A DNA stretch of 64,000 bases from Iphione sp. A-MEVVRFRX5 (lineage: Eukaryota), in contig OZ320314.1 in NCBI GenBank assembly GCA_976226885.1, forward strand, positions 120,466,001 to 120,530,000, given 5' to 3'. Below the pieces are notes generated by a model that had not been told where the DNA came from, ran no database searches, and worked only from the letters and a program-made list of their open reading frames with translations. Position numbers and translations under genes: made by a program. Shown here in pieces: positions 62,001 through 64,000 of the stretch. How positions within the stretch are numbered: position 1 is the stretch's first letter; each line of letters starts with the position of its first letter.

Positions 62001-64000
62001 TTTTCTCTCGAAGTAAAACCTCTGAAATTTATTAATGGCGCTTACAAAGGGAGTCACGTCCTTGTTATTATACCAAGTTAGAAAATCTCTGAATGTTTGC
62101 ATGTTTTCCTCTTTCCAGATTCTTTGCAAATATATGTAGTCATCTAGTGAAATATTAGAATTTTTTAAAGAAGAATAAAAGGCCTCATTAGGTGGTAAAC
62201 TCATTTCTGTGAGTCTATCATAAGAATCAAAATATTCATAAGGGAAAAAACCTTTTGACTCCTCTATTTCATAGGCTTTTAGAAATTTTGAATAAGAACA
62301 GCCTGGAGCTAAAAATTGAACTATATCCAAGAACCTAAATCTCTCGTTTGTGATATTCAAATATGCATTATTTCTCTTTATAACATAACCATGGTTCTCT
62401 GAGTTCCCAAAGTTGAAGTAGGAGAACAATTTCGATTTGATTAGGTTGATATCATATTTGGATGAACTAAACCCAATTACTGGTAACTGTTCCATGTAAT
62501 CGATAAATCTCCCTTTTAAATTCAGTAATTGTTTATACATTGTAGCATGTCCCTTTGGTGACTCCTCCTCCTCCTCCTCCTCCTCCTCCTCCTCCTCTTC
62601 CTCACCAGGGTTCCATTGTTCGATTAATAAATCCAAATCATCAAGATATTTGCCCCATTTCTTTTTGGATAAACTAGACATAGTTTTTTGAATTTTCTCG
62701 AGGTGTTGAAACATCTGTGTTAAAATCTGAGTTAAATCTGCCTCGATAATGCAATGAGGTTTCTCAAATCCTATTACATTACTAGAAATTGAAACGGAGA
62801 CAGGGCAATGCTTTTGTCGCCAGCATAATTTCTCAGAAATCTGATCATCTACTTTTTCCAACACCGCTTCAAAATCATAAACAGCATACCATGGAAATAC
62901 CCATTCCTCCCTGTTTATATTGTATTCTTCCAACATCTCAAAAATAGTTTGAGGGGGTGAGAAAAACCTACCTGGGAACTGAAACTTGGTTCTGTTGCTA
63001 CAGGTTTGTGAGTGACGTTTGAAATTTGAATGGTGATTGAAATGCTTCTGACAGGTAGTGCATTGAAACTTTGATGCATAGGCATTATAATTATTAATAT
63101 AAGACAGATGAGATTTATATACATTGAGGTACATTATTGTTTTAAATCTAGTATTAGATTTATAATACAAAACTGCAGAGTCATCCGAGCATAATTCATA
63201 AATATAAAGTGATAGATTGAAACAACGCTCGAAATCCGCTAGCTGGTCAAATTGAACACCTTTATATTTCTTCGGATTAGATGGAATACTCTCACTCAAA
63301 TACCCTCTCCATTGGTTATAATACATCTTAACTGAACCAGAAATATTATGATTCTGTCCCTTCTGTAAAGCCAAACATCGGAAAATACAAAGAGAATCCC
63401 TGTAATAACAGCTTCTATTATGTGGTGGATGTTCCAAACCCTCAATACACCTCTTTCTTTTTATAAAATCTGGAAGAATTCCTTTTCCTAACAAGTGTCC
63501 TGTTTTAGTGATAAAGCAAACAATATTTGTAACCAATGTAAGTTTCCATTTCGTGTCTGGTCTCTGTTGTCTAAAGTATAAGCCTAGGTCGAGATCCCTT
63601 AAATGCACTCTCATTGAATCCACATCTGCTAATGTAGATATGCTAACAGGAGCTGGAAACAAAGTTACATTGTGGTAAGGTATGAAATAGTGATATTGGT
63701 TCGTTTCTGAATGCTGTAGAATTATTCCAAATGCAACATTCATTTTAAAAGTTTCTGTTTGTGTATGATAAATCTCATCAAAATGTTCAATCAATTCCCT
63801 AGTTCCATTTTTCAGGTCATTTGTAGGAAAGTTATAAACGGGGTTAATTGTGCCATGATCGTGAGGTGTAAGTATATGACGTTGATTAGCTTGATAAGTT
63901 CCTTGTAACTGATCATTGATTTCTCCATTATCATTAACCCAAGGGGGATTGTGTAGCCATGGCGTATCTTGAAGATGCTCAGATCCTCCGTGTTGGGTAC
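59068..64000 (-). pseudogene. Protein-primed DNA polymerase B, six exons, with C-terminal NADAR domain
   Basis: C2H2 finger; Exo motifs VYDFEA and KYD; GGPS; FDANALY; spliced VYE|FQGCYIHGC, KLIG|NSAYG, MDTD|S; KRTPGLFK; CSKTY. Introns at 61423-61517, 61062-61119, 60829-60908, 60493-60596 and 60105-60192. Stops at 61327 and ~60349. The N-terminus is frameshifted and runs off the window. Confidence 0.9.

Larger units (their letters stand above)
47466..64000 (-). mobile_element. Maverick/Polinton (adintovirus-like endogenous virus), decayed; runs past the window end; left boundary uncertain
   Basis: Core genes in series on the minus strand: pPolB, ATPase, small core genes, integrase, minor capsid, basic core protein, major capsid. 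Assigning 47466-53597 to the element is inference. Confidence 0.85.

Noticed and set aside
62563-62603. Poly-Glu tract as a special pPolB feature
   Set aside because: A simple (GAG)n microsatellite expansion in a variable loop.

Overview
This is eukaryotic DNA from a marine invertebrate, probably a lophotrochozoan (inferred from a Meta-like SINE and the TE repertoire). It is almost entirely nested mobile DNA around one intact host ORF, an EamA/SLC35G-like transporter at 21456-22616. Left to right: a ~4-kb segment (290-4235) that recurs as a diverged direct copy at 35639-41411, with different TE insertions in each copy; a full-length CR1/L2-group LINE (5533-12176); LINE, Penelope and LTR relics; an env-bearing Gypsy/errantivirus-like element (~27930-35636) whose env appears to be made from a spliced RNA; a Tigger/pogo transposon; a Penelope-like element nested in a Harbinger-like element; and a decayed Maverick/Polinton (~47400 to beyond 64000). 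The Maverick carries pPolB, ATPase, integrase, minor and major capsid, plus probable cargo (two mini LRR membrane proteins, three tandem unknown paralogues, a repeat protein). The standout observation is that two unrelated elements each carry a NADAR (YbiA-like) domain fused to a core protein. One sits in LINE ORF1p (coiled coil-RRM-NADAR-SGNH esterase) and one is an in-frame C-terminal extension of the Maverick DNA polymerase, whose gene is split by five spliceosomal introns. All domain calls come from motif recognition by eye; no database searches were run.
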